Notes under the pieces: generated by a model | Databases searched by the model: none | Told to the model about the DNA's origin: nothing | The model's input: the letters and a program-made list of their open reading frames with translations, nothing else | Made by a program: the position numbers and the translations under genes | Shown: piece by piece, positions 52,198 through 64,000 of the stretch | How positions within the stretch are numbered: position 1 is the first letter of the stretch | Layout of the letters: each line of letters starts with the position of its first letter | Assembly (NCBI RefSeq): GCF_006345805.1 | Contig: NC_043016.1 | Span: forward strand, 11,470,001-11,534,000 | Direction of reading: 5' to 3' | Length of the DNA: 64,000 nucleotides | From: Octopus sinensis | Lineage: Eukaryota

Positions 52198-55094
52198 CAT
52201 ACATATACATACTTTAGTTGGGAGAGAAAAAAGTACCCATAAACATTTACAGGACCTCTGAGAATAGTGGGAGGGAGGAATGGAGGAGGGAGAAGGTGTC
52301 TTCAAACCAAGAAACCTGGTCCCCAAATGCTTGCAAACTGTGGACCTCCCCCCCCCTAGAAACACCCTAAATGCCAGAAAGGCATCTGATTGTAGAAATC
52401 ATGCCAAAATGTTGTTTGTACAAATGAGATATGGTCCTACAAATGTGTTATGTAATATATATATTATTTTCACATCCATTTTTCCATGCTAGCATGAGTC
52501 AGATGTGCTACTGAAGTATCGTTTTTACAGATAGGTGCCTTTCCTGCTGCTAACCCATACCTGCTTTTCAAGTAAGAGATGTGTGTGTTTGTGTTAATAA
52601 CAAACGAAAAGTATTCATCACCATAAAGTAATTTAATTTAATTTGATTGGCTCATATAACTACTGAGAGTTTCTCTTTGCAAAAACAAAACTAAGTGAAG
52701 AAGTGCACGTCTTTCAGACAAGGAAATTTCCAGTATAGATTTCAAGTAATCAAACACACACACACACACATTTGCATACATACAGATATATAGATATACA
52801 TATATTTATATAAGTTACCCCTTTCATGTACCATAATTGATCCATACGGTCGGTGCCAAACTCTTGTTTTCTTAGCATCAATTAGATCATTGGCAAACTT
52901 CCTCTGGTTAAAGATATGTGTCTACCACAAATAATTTACACAGAAAAGCCTGCTGCCTCTCGTTTCCTCATTGATACATAAAGAAAGAGGTATAATAAGA
53001 AATAATACCAATAAAAAAACTTCTCTTCCCATATAAGATAAATGAAGTAAAATTCCAATAGCATATTTAAACTAGCAGCTTATAAACATACTGTCCAGCT
53101 TTGTATCCACTCATGCCATTCTCTTTCTAAATACATAACCCATTCTTCTGAAACACCCTTAACCTTCTTGATACCAACTTGTCTGATACCACCTCCGGTT
53201 CTATGTTCAAACTTCCTGTTTTTTAAAGGGATTTAATTTTAAAATTTCCATCAGAATTGCATCTTAATTTATGTTCCAAACACCAGCTTCATAAATACAA
53301 AGTTATTCTAAATGATTCATTATTTTCAAAATCAATTGAAACTAGCACAGTATTTCAGTAAAAATATAGTTACAAAAGGGTTAAATTCTTCCATCCAACC
53401 TTCATCATCATCATTGTTTAACGTCCATTTTCCATTCTAGCATGGGTTGGACGGTTCGACCAGGGTCTGGGAATCCAGGAGGCTGCACCAGGCTCCAGTC
53501 TGATCTGGTAGTGTTTCTACAGCTGGATGCCATTTGAATTTATATTCCAAACACCAATTCAATAAATGACAGTTAGTTCAATAAATTCTTCAGTATTCTG
53601 AAAATTAATTGAAATAAAGGCTTATTTCAATAGAAATATGATAAAAGGATTATTATCCAGATTTTTTTACATCATTCTTCTACTAAACTTCAGCAGTTTG
53701 ACTTTTAATTTATTTAATCAACCCTGAAAGGGTGAAGATCAAACTTGACCTCAACAAGATTTGAACTTTTTTTTTTACTGATGGCCAAACAAATCTGCAA
53801 ACACACAGCTTTAAATAATGGATTCAAATGTTGGTACAAGGTCATCAGTTTTTTGTTGTTGTTTTTTAAGGGAATTAGTAAGTCAGAACCAGTAATACCA
53901 GTACTTGACTGGTACTTCATTTTGTGAACCTTGAAAGAAAGGAAGGCTGAATTAACCTTCACTAGATTTGAATCCAGAACAAACACCACAAGTCATTGTA
54001 CCTGACACCCTGATGACTATACCCATTCACCAACTGTGTGTCATGGCAAATCATTTTAGAACCTCTTCCACAATCTTTTCAGCTGAGATTTTACTGGTAC
54101 TTGGTTGCTTAACCCTTTGGTTACCATATATATACCTGTTGACATACACTGCCTTTCTTTCAACTAATGTCAAAAACAACAAAGGATTTAGTAAAATAAC
54201 TGTTTTTATTAAGCTGGTGTTTGGAACATAAATTAACCCTTTTGTTACCATATTGCTGTATGGGGGAATCTGTACATCCCCATGATTGCCTAAGTGAACT
54301 CTACTAGTTAGTATAAATGAGCATGTGCAGAACAGTCTGGGAAGAGTGTCATATGTGCAGTCATAGTGTATAGGTTGTAGGGGCATTTGAATAGAGATAT
54401 CATGGCATGCTTGTTGAAAATACACTGATGTTACCCAAGAGAAAAGCAAAGGCTGATACAGCTTGGAACCTGTGATGTTGCAACTCATTTCTACAGTTGA
54501 GTGAACTGGAGCAATGTGGAATAAAGTGTCTTGCTCAAGAACACAATACATAGCCCGGTCTGAGAATCAAACTCACTACCTCATGATTGTGAGCCCCATG
54601 CTCTAACCACTGAGCCATGTGCCTTTTGAGAAGATTAAACAAGTTCCCTTGTTGGCTCATTAACCAAGATTTTGCTATTTCTAGCAAGTAGAGTGATGAC
54701 GGAGCAGCACCACTTGCGATTTTGTCGATCGGGTTACTTAGGAAGCTGCAATATATATAGCATGGCAGGTGGCACCGTATTCAATAGCTGCAAATGTAGA
54801 AGAAGAAAAAAACAAAACAAAGGAAGAAAGAAATGAACTATGGTGAACTTTTACTTAAGCTTCAAGTTAATTAATCAAATTAACAAGAGATTAGAAATAA
54901 TCGAGGTGAAATAAGTGCAAGTCATATTGTATGCAATTCATATTTGAGAAAGAAAACTGTGTGTGTGTGTGTGTGTATCTCAGATACACATTCATATATG
55001 TTCTGTGTTCTTATATGACATTAAATACATGCAACATTATATTTATATATATATATATATATATGCGGGAAAGAAGCAACAAGAATGGATAGGT

Positions 55095-55185
55095 TTTTAG
55101 TACAATCGTTTCATACAAGGACAGGCTTTATTAAAAGTTGTAAAAATTACAGCATATAAACGTGTCCCGTACTCATCAGCTAAAA
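55095..55185 (-). ncRNA. Type I hammerhead ribozyme, inverted copy of 55383-55473
   Basis: Exact reverse complement of the + strand motif (tcatcag at 55173-79), in the left arm of the foldback. Confidence 0.85.
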
Positions 55186-55382
55186 TACATGTGAGTTCTC
55201 TAGACATCCTAGTGGTTGAGGCTATACTCATGAAGTAATGTAGATAATTAATAAGACTGTACATCATCTTTAAAGAACTGTAATGAACTTTGGAAATCTG
55301 TTTATGTTTATGTTACTTAATTATCTACATTACTTCATGAGTATAGCCTCAACCACTAGGATGTCTAGAGAACTCACATGTA

Positions 55383-55473
55383 TTTTAGCTGATGAGTACG
55401 GGACACGTTTATATGCTGTAATTTTTACAACTTTTAATAAAGCCTGTCCTTGTATGAAACGATTGTACTAAAA
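55383..55473 (+). ncRNA. Type I hammerhead ribozyme, canonical core
   Basis: ttttag-CTGATGA(55389-95)-stem II gtacgggaca...tgtccttgtat-GAAAC(55456-60)-gatt-GTA(55465-67)-ctaaaa. Stem I is a 6-bp ttttag/ctaaaa helix. Confidence 0.85.
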
Positions 55474-55626
55474 ACCTATCCATTCTTGTTGCTTCTTTCC
55501 CGCTTATAATCACCCCACATTACTGTATTGTTAAAACAGTATAGTTTTTTTTGGTGCATCTAAGTTAGGTACCATATTCAAGTAAATTCATTTAAATTAA
55601 CTTGAATCTTTATTGCTTTATATATA

Positions 55627-55671
<45 letters not shown>

Positions 55672-56034
55672 CATCATCATTAGCGTCCGTTCTCCATGCT
55701 AGCATGGCTTGGACGGTTCAACTGGGGTCTGTGAAGCTGGAAGGCTTCATCAGGCCCAGTCAGATCTGGCAGTATTTCTACGGCTGGATGCCCTTCCTAA
55801 CGCCAACCACTCCGTGAGTGTAGTGGGTGCTTTTTACGTGCCACCCGCACAGGTGTCAGACAGAGCTGGCAAACGCCCATGAACGGATGGTGCTTTTACG
55901 TGTCACCGGCACGGGGGCCAGGCGAGGCTGGCAACGGACACGAACGGATGGTGCTTTTACGTGCCACCAACACGGGGGCCAATGTTGCATGTATTTAATA
56001 TCATCTGAGTAATAATATATGCTCTGTGTGTGTA

Positions 56035-56073
<39 letters not shown>

Positions 56074-56218
56074 GGGTGCATCTTTCAGTTTTGGTCTCTC
56101 GAATCCCATGGCTATTGTAAAGTACAGTGGTCCGAGATTCCACAGAGTAGGATTAAAACTGGAACCATAGTGTATGTGTTTAAATGGTGAAAGATGACTT
56201 CATAAATATAACAATATA

Positions 56219-57213
56219 CAGGGTGTCCCCCAAAAATTGATATCATTTCGTAGAACAGCTAATTCTCACTTAAATTTTAACAAAATGTGTAAAAGCTTAA
56301 CCCTTTCGCTACCGTATTTCTTTTGAGATGCTCTGCGTTTCTTTCAATTGATTTTAAATATTACAAAGAATTTAGTAAAATAACTTAGTTGTCATTAAGT
56401 TAGTGTTAAGAACATAAATTGTGACTAAGATTTGGTGGAAGATTTTAATTCAAAACTTATGAAAACAAAACATTTGTACTACAGACCAAGAGGTGGTTTC
56501 AGCCAGGTTGGTAACGAAAGGGTTAAGAATTGTTTCTCTATTATATATTTTAACCCTTTTGTCACCATATTTCTGCTGAGATGCTCTCTGTTTCTTTCAA
56601 TTAATTTTCAATATAACAAAGAATTTAGTAAAATAACTTAGTTATCATTAAGCTAGTTTTAGGAACATAAATTGTGACTAATGTTTGGTGGAAGATTTTA
56701 ATTCAGAACTTTTGAAAAGAAGACATTTATGCTACAGAGCCAGAGCCAGTTTCAAGCAGGTTGGTAACGAAAGGGTTAAGTTAGGATAGGGCATGCCAGT
56801 GATAATAACAATGTGCTGTTGGAATGGCCACCACATTCACCTGACTTGACACCTTGTGATTTTTTTTTTATCAATGGGGCAATGTGAAAAGATTGTTCTA
56901 TATCCCCCATCTTCCCAGAAGCCTAGAGGAACTCAAGCAGAGAATCACTGAGGTGCTGGAGAATGTTACGCAAGCCATGCTACAGCAAATTTAGCAGAGG
57001 CTGGACTACTGACATGATGTGTGCAAGTTTGTGACATTGGTTATAAAGTCTACGTTCCTCTGAATCTCTTGTTTGAATTTTGAGAAATAAGTCTGTTGTT
57101 GTTCAACATGAAACCTTTTTAATTTCATTTGCCTCAGATGTAGTAACTCAGATATTCACATTTTAAATGATATTTTAAATGATGTCAACTTTTTGGTGGG
57201 TGCAGGACACCCA

Positions 57214-57214
<1 letters not shown>
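56219..57214 (+). mobile_element. Deleted Tc1/mariner element with transposase remnant
   Basis: TA|cagggtgtcc...ggacacccag|TA termini. 56820-57030 encodes WPPHSPDLTPCDFF..GNVK..LEELKQRITE with disablements. Confidence 0.8.
56297..56779 (+). mobile_element. Tandem pair of TTAA|CCC...GGG|TTAA MITEs (piggyBac-like ends)
   Basis: Two ~230-bp units with ttaacccttt/aaagggttaa ends, inserted in the Tc1 element. Related copies at about 6155-6382, 36250-36690, 42385-42612, 53160-53385, 60160-60985. Confidence 0.65.
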
Positions 57215-57250
<36 letters not shown>

Positions 57251-57546
57251 TAGGTGAATGAATTATCCCATGTTTATCGTCAGCATGGAAAATTCGTTTA
57301 ACCGAAACCTGGGTAGCAAATTCACGTCAGAAAACACGGTTGAAGCGACCTGTCAAGGGTAGAAACTCCAGGTTCATGTGTAGAAATTTGTGTGTTGTAT
57401 ATGAATAAATGAAAGAATCGAGTCGAATGAAGATGTTAACAAAAAAACGGGAAGGTTTACGAAAATAAACAAAAGACGAAGGCAGGTGGAGTACAAACAA
57501 ACAGTTGTATTAGTATTGTGCGCTCAGGAATAGAAATAAAACAAGT

Positions 57547-57582
57547 CTTTTACGTTTCGAGCCTACGCTCTTCGACAGAAAG
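57547..57582 (-). ncRNA. Minimal HHR-like motif, CTGTCGA core
   Basis: Reverse complement reads cttt-CTGTCGA-a-gagc gtag gctc-GAAAC-GTA-aaag. Host element about 57450-57640. Confidence 0.6.
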
Positions 57583-58860
57583 GTACACAGAAAAGAAACA
57601 AGGAGAGAAAAAAATTGCGTGTAGGGGCTAACGATCCAACACATATATATATATGTAAAATGTTTTATGGTTTTATGTTTATATAAGTTATCCACTTTAC
57701 TGTGTATAGTAAATCATTTCCTCTTATATTGGTTATGCAACACTGGAGTTTACAAATAGCATTATAAATGTTCTTTAATGGTAATCCAGACCCAAGAAAC
57801 CATGTATTATAATACATGGTGCTACATGGTGACTTATAATACATGGACTTTTATGGCATGTAGAAAAGGGGTTGGTTTGGAAGGGAAGATATGTGGGGAT
57901 GCCTACTGTGTAAAAAAGACTCAATAGCCAAATAGATGCTAGCATACTGTGTATGTTATCTAAGATATTTATTTATATATATGTAATTCAGTATTGTAAT
58001 TCAGCTGGCTTTACAAATGAGTAGGTTAATTTGCATATTTGGTGCAAGTTTGTCAACTATTAAAATTTCTCTTTATATATGTGAAAATTAATACTGCAAA
58101 ATCCCAAGAAATTTAATTTGATTGAAATTCATTTGATATGTAATGCAGTGGGAAATACAGCTGGCTTTACTAGTGAGCAGGCTAATTTGCATATTTGGTG
58201 CAAGTTTGTCGCTGCTCAAATTTCTTTTATCTTTTATTTTTTTTTCATCTTTTACTTGTTTCAGCCATTAGACTGTGGCCATGCTGGGGCACCGCCTTGA
58301 AGAATTTTTAGCTGAATAAATCAACCTCAGTACTTGTATTGCTTTTAAGCCTGATACTTATTTTATTGGTCTCTATTGCCAAACCACTAAGTGATAGAGA
58401 TGTAAATGCACCAACACTGGTTGTCAAGCAATGGTGGGGCACTAACACACACACACATAAATATATATGATGAGCTTCTTTCAGTTTCTGTCTACCAAAT
58501 CTACTCACAAGTGTTTGGTTGGCCCGAGGCTATAGTAGAAGACATTTGTCCAAGATTCCATGCAATGTGACTGAACCCAGAATTATATATATATATATAT
58601 ATATATATTTTACAGGTTTCTTTCAGTTTCTGTTTACAAAATCCATTCACAAGGTTTTGGGTGGCTCAAGGTTATAGTAGAAAGCACTTACTGAAGGTAC
58701 CATACAGTGGTACATGATTGGAAAGCAAGATTTTGACCACACTGCTACATCTGACTCATAGAATCGATATTGGTAGAGGTTGGGGTAAGGTTATCTTTTT
58801 GTACTAGTTTCCATTAATTTCTCATTAGAATATATCAGTCTATATATATATATATATAAA

Positions 58861-58936
58861 TGGATGAGAAGATTGCACTTACACCGTTTATTCCTTTGGA
58901 ATAAAACCAATGTTGTCTTCGAAACATATGTCGAAA
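58861..58936 (+). ncRNA. 5'-truncated HHR remnant
   Basis: (TA)n|TGGATGA-gaaga...tcttc-GAAAC-atat-GTC. Palindromic stem III ACATATGT; 5' strand of stem I missing. Confidence 0.45.
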
Positions 58937-60599
58937 GTAAAAGAATTTGAATAGCATCTGCGTTCAACTCCATTTATTTACTTATATATATATATATATC
59001 GTTGTCATCATCATTTAATGTCTGTTGTCTTTGCTGGCATGGGTTGAATGGTTTGACCAGAGCTGGTAAACTGGGGAACTACACCAGATCCCAGTTTGAT
59101 TTGGCATGGACACATTTTCCAAATGCCAACCATTTACAGACTATGCTTGGTGCTTTAACATGATGCCACACGGGCGCTTATATGTGGTACAGCCACAATT
59201 GCTTTTTATGTGGCACTTTACAGGACAATCCTCACCACCAGGGGGACTGGTCTTAACTATGTAGTACTGTTATTGGTGATTATTTTACAGCACCAAACCT
59301 AATTAATTAATTATTCCTTGAGTTCCATAATGGTAGATTATGTATGTGTGTGTGTGTGTGTGCGTGTGCAATTATGGAAATCAAGGAATAATTAATTAGG
59401 TTTGATGCCATAAAATATTCACCAATAACAGTACTACATAGTATAATAGAAAAATAATAATCCCATCTGATCAATATAGAAGATTGAATCGTAATTCCAG
59501 TGTTTAAGACAACAACTAATAGTGTTGATACATCATTCACTTCTTGTTTTTCCTCCTCTCATCCCCACCGTTTTAAAAGCTACAGTTTTAATACAAAAAT
59601 CTGCATTTGTACAATTAAAAAGCCAATAAAATGCCAACAAAAAAAAATGTCACTAAACAAAATAACTAAATATAAAAAAGACAAAAGAAAATTGTGTCAG
59701 ATATTATCATGACATCCAATAATAAAAATAATGGAAAAGAATTTTTCTAGGTTCACCGTTTCCTTCTGGATGTATTAAAATCAGCAGACTCTTTACATTA
59801 AATTGCAAATATACAGACTGAATATCTAATAAGCAGCGGCTGACTTTGGATGAAATGTGTCTTTTTCTAGAAGCTCTTGTTCGTTGAGATTGAGTCACGC
59901 AACTCTAAGATTACATCAATAAAATGGATAAGTTTCAACATTTATCCTCTCAGACGCTGGATAAATTACACATATAATGCCTTCGTAATCGCACAAAAAA
60001 ATATATACACGTACACACACTTACTCATTGTGAAGCCTTAAACTATGGAAGTACTGACAAAGAGAATGGATAGGTTGAAGAATTTTGCTATACATGTGAA
60101 GACCGAATCTTCATTGAAACTACACAGTATTGATAATGCTTTTTTACATTCATTTTTTACAACCCTTTTGGTACCATAATTCTGCTGAAATACACTGCTT
60201 TTGTTTCATTTAATTTAAAAAATGATGAAGAATTTCATAAAATAACTTATTAAACTTCTGTGTGGAACATAGATTAACCGATTAGCATTCAGCTTATTCT
60301 GTCAAATGTAATGCTTATTTAATTACATTGTTTTTAATTAATCACACATTATCTTGTACCTATGGGATTTTAATGAGGTAACTTTTAATTCTTAGAATGA
60401 CATTATAGGGTAGGTATGAACACTAGCATAGCTAGAGTTAGTGCTACCCAGGGCGGCCCTTTCGTTTGCTGCCCCCGGACCCCACAAAAAACACATATTG
60501 CCTACATCAATAGCCTACAACAGGATGAAAAGTGTTGCCCGGGGTGGACTGCCCCTACCCCACCAGCAACACCAGTGGGTGTGAGACTCCCACATCAGT

Positions 60600-60915
60600 T
60601 ATGAATGACCATAGGATTGCACCTAGAAAGTTCCCCTCCAAGGCACATGTTTAGGCAAAGTTGTTTATGCAAGACCAGCAGTTGCCCATACATGCCAGCA
60701 TCCTCCTCCACACCACTGATGTTATCCAAGGGTAAGGCAAAGGGGCCGATACAGCTTGGCACCAGTGACGTCACATTTCTACAGCTGAAGTGAACTGGAG
60801 CATCATGAAATAAAGTGTCTTGCTCAAGAACACAACACATGGTCCAGTCCAAGAATCGAACTCATTACCCCACTGTTGTGAGCCAGATACTCTAACCACT
60901 GAGCCCTGCCCCTTC
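60600..60915 (-). mobile_element. tRNA-derived SINE family D
   Basis: Minus-strand head gctcagtggttagag...gagttcgattc, then gtgttcttgagcaagacacttt core; second copy at about 54415-54625. Confidence 0.7.
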
Positions 60916-61142
60916 CCAGTCTAAGCATAAAACAGGTGGGATATTTTGGTCAGATATGGCCAGTTTAAATGATGAAGGGTTAACATGGAATTTGGTGGAA
61001 GATTTTAATTTAAATCACTTTTCAAACATGGTCAATTTCAGGTGTGTCGGAATCAAAATAATTAAATTAATAAAAAGTAAAGGCATCCATAGTAATCAAA
61101 TGTGTGTTAGATTCCCAGAGAGAAGAAGGTCAGTATTTAAAG

Positions 61143-61424
61143 CAGTGGTTCCCAAAGTGGGGGGTACTGCCCCCACCACACCCCCTGGGGCAGTGGAAAT
61201 ATCCAGAGGGGCATTGAAGTAAAATGGAATGATAATGGGGTGACCAAAACAGGGCAATGGATTAAAATAAATAAATAAAATAAAGTGTTAATTAGGCTAA
61301 GTTTTATTTGTGAAATACTCTTGCTTTGAGTTTGGTCTGTCTGAGATGGTGAATAGAGGGAGGCAGTAAGAATGTGCCCTTAGAGCCAAGGGTGTGGCAG
61401 CCTGAAAAGGTTTGGGAACCACTG
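61143..61424. mobile_element. hAT (Charlie-like) MITE
   Basis: TIR cagtggttcccaaa / tttgggaaccactg; 8-bp TSD atttaaag / atctaaag. Older relatives at about 2666-3430 and 5713-5953. Confidence 0.8.
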
Positions 61425-61502
61425 ATCTAAAGCTAATCAAGGAACACTACAAATCTAGGGTCCCTCTAATTAGCATTTTTGATACAAATTTAACAAAACC
61501 CT

Positions 61503-62024
61503 TTAACCCTTTTGACACCAGCCTACCTGAAACCACCTCTGGCTCTGTAGTACAAATGTCTTGTTTTTATAAGTTTTGAATTAAAATCTTCCACCAAACC
61601 TTAGTCACAATTTATGTTCCTAACACTAGGTTAATGATTATTAAGTTATTTTACTAAATTCTTTGTTATATTTAAAATGAATTAAAAGAAACACAGAACA
61701 TCTCAACAGAAATATGGTAACAAAAGGGTCAAAATATATAATAGAGAAACAATTCTTAACCCTTTTGATATCAACCCAGCTGAAACCAGTTCTGGCTCTG
61801 TAATACAAATGTCTTGTTTTCATAAGTTTTGAATTAAAATCTTCCACCAAACCTTAGTCACAATTTATGTTCCTAACACTAGCTTAATGATAACTAAGTT
61901 ATTTTACTAAATTCTTTGTTATATTTGAAGTAATTGAAAGAAACACAGAGCATCTCAAAATAAATATAGGAACAAAAGGGTTAAAATATATAATAGAGAA
62001 ACAATTCTTAACCCTTTCGCTACC
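61503..62024 (-). mobile_element. Inverted tandem array of the same TTAA-flanked MITE
   Basis: Two full units plus the start of a third, with the same ~23-25-bp spacer (aatatataatagagaaacaattc) as at 56527-56549. Confidence 0.65.
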
Positions 62025-62169
62025 ATAACAAAACCCTTTAACAAACTCTAAGCCAGTGTTTCCCCTTACATTGGGGTTTGTACAAATTGCCAGTGTTTAG
62101 TAAAATTATTGTATTTTCTAGTATACAATTCAACATAGTATATAGTGTAAACATTAAAACATTGCCACA

Positions 62170-62319
62170 TAGGCGCAGGAGTGGCTGTGTGGTAAGTAAC
62201 ATGCTTACCAACCACATGGTTCCGGGTTCAATCTTGGGCAAGTGTCTTCTGCTATAGCCCCGGGACGACCAATGCCTTGTGAGTGGATTTGGTAGACGGA
62301 AACTGAAAGAAGCATGTTG

Positions 62320-62366
<47 letters not shown>

Positions 62367-62580
62367 ATACGTTTGTGTGTCTGTTTGTCCCCCTGGCATT
62401 GCTTGACAACCAATGCTGGTGTGTTTACGTCCCCGTTACTTAGCGGTTCAGCAAAAGAGACTGATACAATAAGTACTGGGCTTACAAAGAATAAGTTCCG
62501 GGGTCGAGTTGCTCGACTAAAGGCAGTGCTCCAGCATGGCCGCAGTCAAATGACTGAAACAAGTAAAAGAGTAAAGAGTA
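62170..62580 (+). mobile_element. SINE family A (near full length)
   Basis: aggcgcaggagtggctgtgtgg...gactgaaacaagtaaaagagtaaagag; another copy at 63108-63482. Confidence 0.85.
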
Positions 62581-63616
62581 TATGGATGACAAAATCTATT
62601 TCGTTTTTCTCCTTAATAAAATGGGAGTGGGAGGGGAAGAAACATTTTTCACAGTTAATTTCAGTGGGGAGTGGTTTAAGAACTCTTCTTGCAACTGTTG
62701 CTGCTTACCATTTTCTCAACCATAAACACAGACACACTCTCAAACCAACCAGTTTTCAATCTTGTTCTCCACAGAACATCAAATACCCCATCCATCCCGC
62801 TGGAACATGAAATTCCATCTTCCACCCACATTTGTATACCCAGCTTCTTTTTTCTTCCTTTGCATCCACTGAGTTACAGATGTTTCAAGTGACTATCAGT
62901 GTCACCCATCTCATAAGTCACCCCCATCTCCCTGTGTGAAGTACATGGCCATGGCCACCACTCCTTCCTTCATGACTAACCCTGAAATAAAGTGTTTACC
63001 AGTCTATCATTTAAAATACAGGCAGAAGCATTTCTGCTCTAATTATCATATATTGAATACACACACACACACACATGTATGTGTGTATGTATATATATAT
63101 ATATATATGCGTAGGAGTGGCTGTGTGGTAAGTAGCTTGTTTACCAACCACATGTTTCCGGGTTCAGTCCCACTGCGTGGCACCTTGGGCAAGTGTCTTC
63201 TACTATAGCCTCGGGCCGACCAAAGCCTTGTGAGTGGATTTGGTAGACGTATATATGTATATATATATGTGCGTGTGTGTGTCTGTGTTTTACCCCCCAA
63301 CATCTCTTGACAACCGATGCTGGTGTGTTTACGTCTCCGTAACTTAGCGGCTCAGCAAAAAGTGACCGATAGAATAAGTACAAGGCTTACAAAGAATAAG
63401 ACCTGGGGTTGATTTGCTCGACTAAAAAAAAAAGGCGGTGCTCCAGCATGGCCGCAGTCAAATGACTGAAACAAAAAGAATAAAAAAATATGTATATATA
63501 TGTGTGTGTGTGTGTGTGTGTATTTTTTATATATATAATGGAATAATACTACTATGAAGCATTGTGTAGGATATACTGTCAATTTTACTGTTTGTGTATA
63601 TATATATATACATATA

Positions 63617-64000
63617 AAAACACCATCCGAGCGTGGCCGTTCGCCAGCCGTCGTCTGGCACCTGTGTCGGTGGCACATAAAAAACACCATCCGAGCGTGG
63701 CCGTCTGCCAGCCTCGTCTGGCACCTGTGTCGGTGGCACATAAAAAACACCATCCGAGCGTGGCCGTCTGCCAGCCTCGTCTGGCACCTGTGTCGGTGGC
63801 ACATAAAAAACACCATCCGAGCGTGGCCGTTTGTCAGCCTCGTCTGGCACTGTGTCGGTGGCACATAAAATCACCCACTACACTCTCGGAGTGGTTGGCG
63901 TTAGGAAGGGCATCCAGCTGTAGAAACACTGCCAGATCTGACTGGCCTGGTGCAGCCTTCGGGCTCCCCAGACCCCAGTTGAACCGTCCCACCCATGCTA
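63617..64000 (+). repeat. RTE 3' UTR with 63-bp tandem repeat (x4), runs off the window
   Basis: cctgtgtcggtggcacataaaaaacaccatccgagcg recurs at 63661, 63724 and 63787, followed by the RTE tail. Confidence 0.9.

Larger units (their letters stand above)
55065..55620 (+). mobile_element. Penelope-like/retrozyme-like element with inverted 187-bp repeat
   Basis: Arms 55065-55251 and 55317-55503 read as exact reverse complements with a 65-bp spacer. HHR in each arm; (TA)n on both flanks. Confidence 0.7.

Noticed and set aside
57275-57382. Two GAAAC...GT(A/T) motifs in an island after (TA)n
   Set aside because: No matching CUGANGA core on the same strand; possibly a decayed element.
59750-59970. 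Protein-like fragments VHRFLLDVLKSADSLH / RLTLDEMCLFLEALVR
   Set aside because: Interrupted by stops and not assignable; might be a decayed transposase, but this is unsupported.

Overview
AT-rich, microsatellite-dense eukaryotic DNA with no recognisable complete protein-coding gene. The repeat repertoire looks like a coleoid cephalopod, probably Octopus (inference from recognised SINE/LINE types, not from a search). Most of the window consists of: several tRNA-derived SINE families; 5'-truncated LINE ends (RTE, CR1/L2, R4/Dong, L1/Tx1); non-autonomous Helitrons; Tc1/mariner, hAT, pogo and TTAA-flanked MITEs; and tandem arrays grown from an RTE 3' UTR. Almost all listed ORFs are artefacts of microsatellites or repeats. 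The main hidden signal is about 16 type I hammerhead-ribozyme (HHR) motifs from several unrelated short element families. Most sit in (TA)n/(CA)n tracts, have palindromic minimal stem III and often show inverted-repeat (Penelope-like pLTR) architecture. One is a perfect 187-bp foldback with an intact HHR on each strand. Several families repeatedly carry non-canonical catalytic cores (CUGUNGA, CCGANGA). A few small exon candidates are listed at low confidence.
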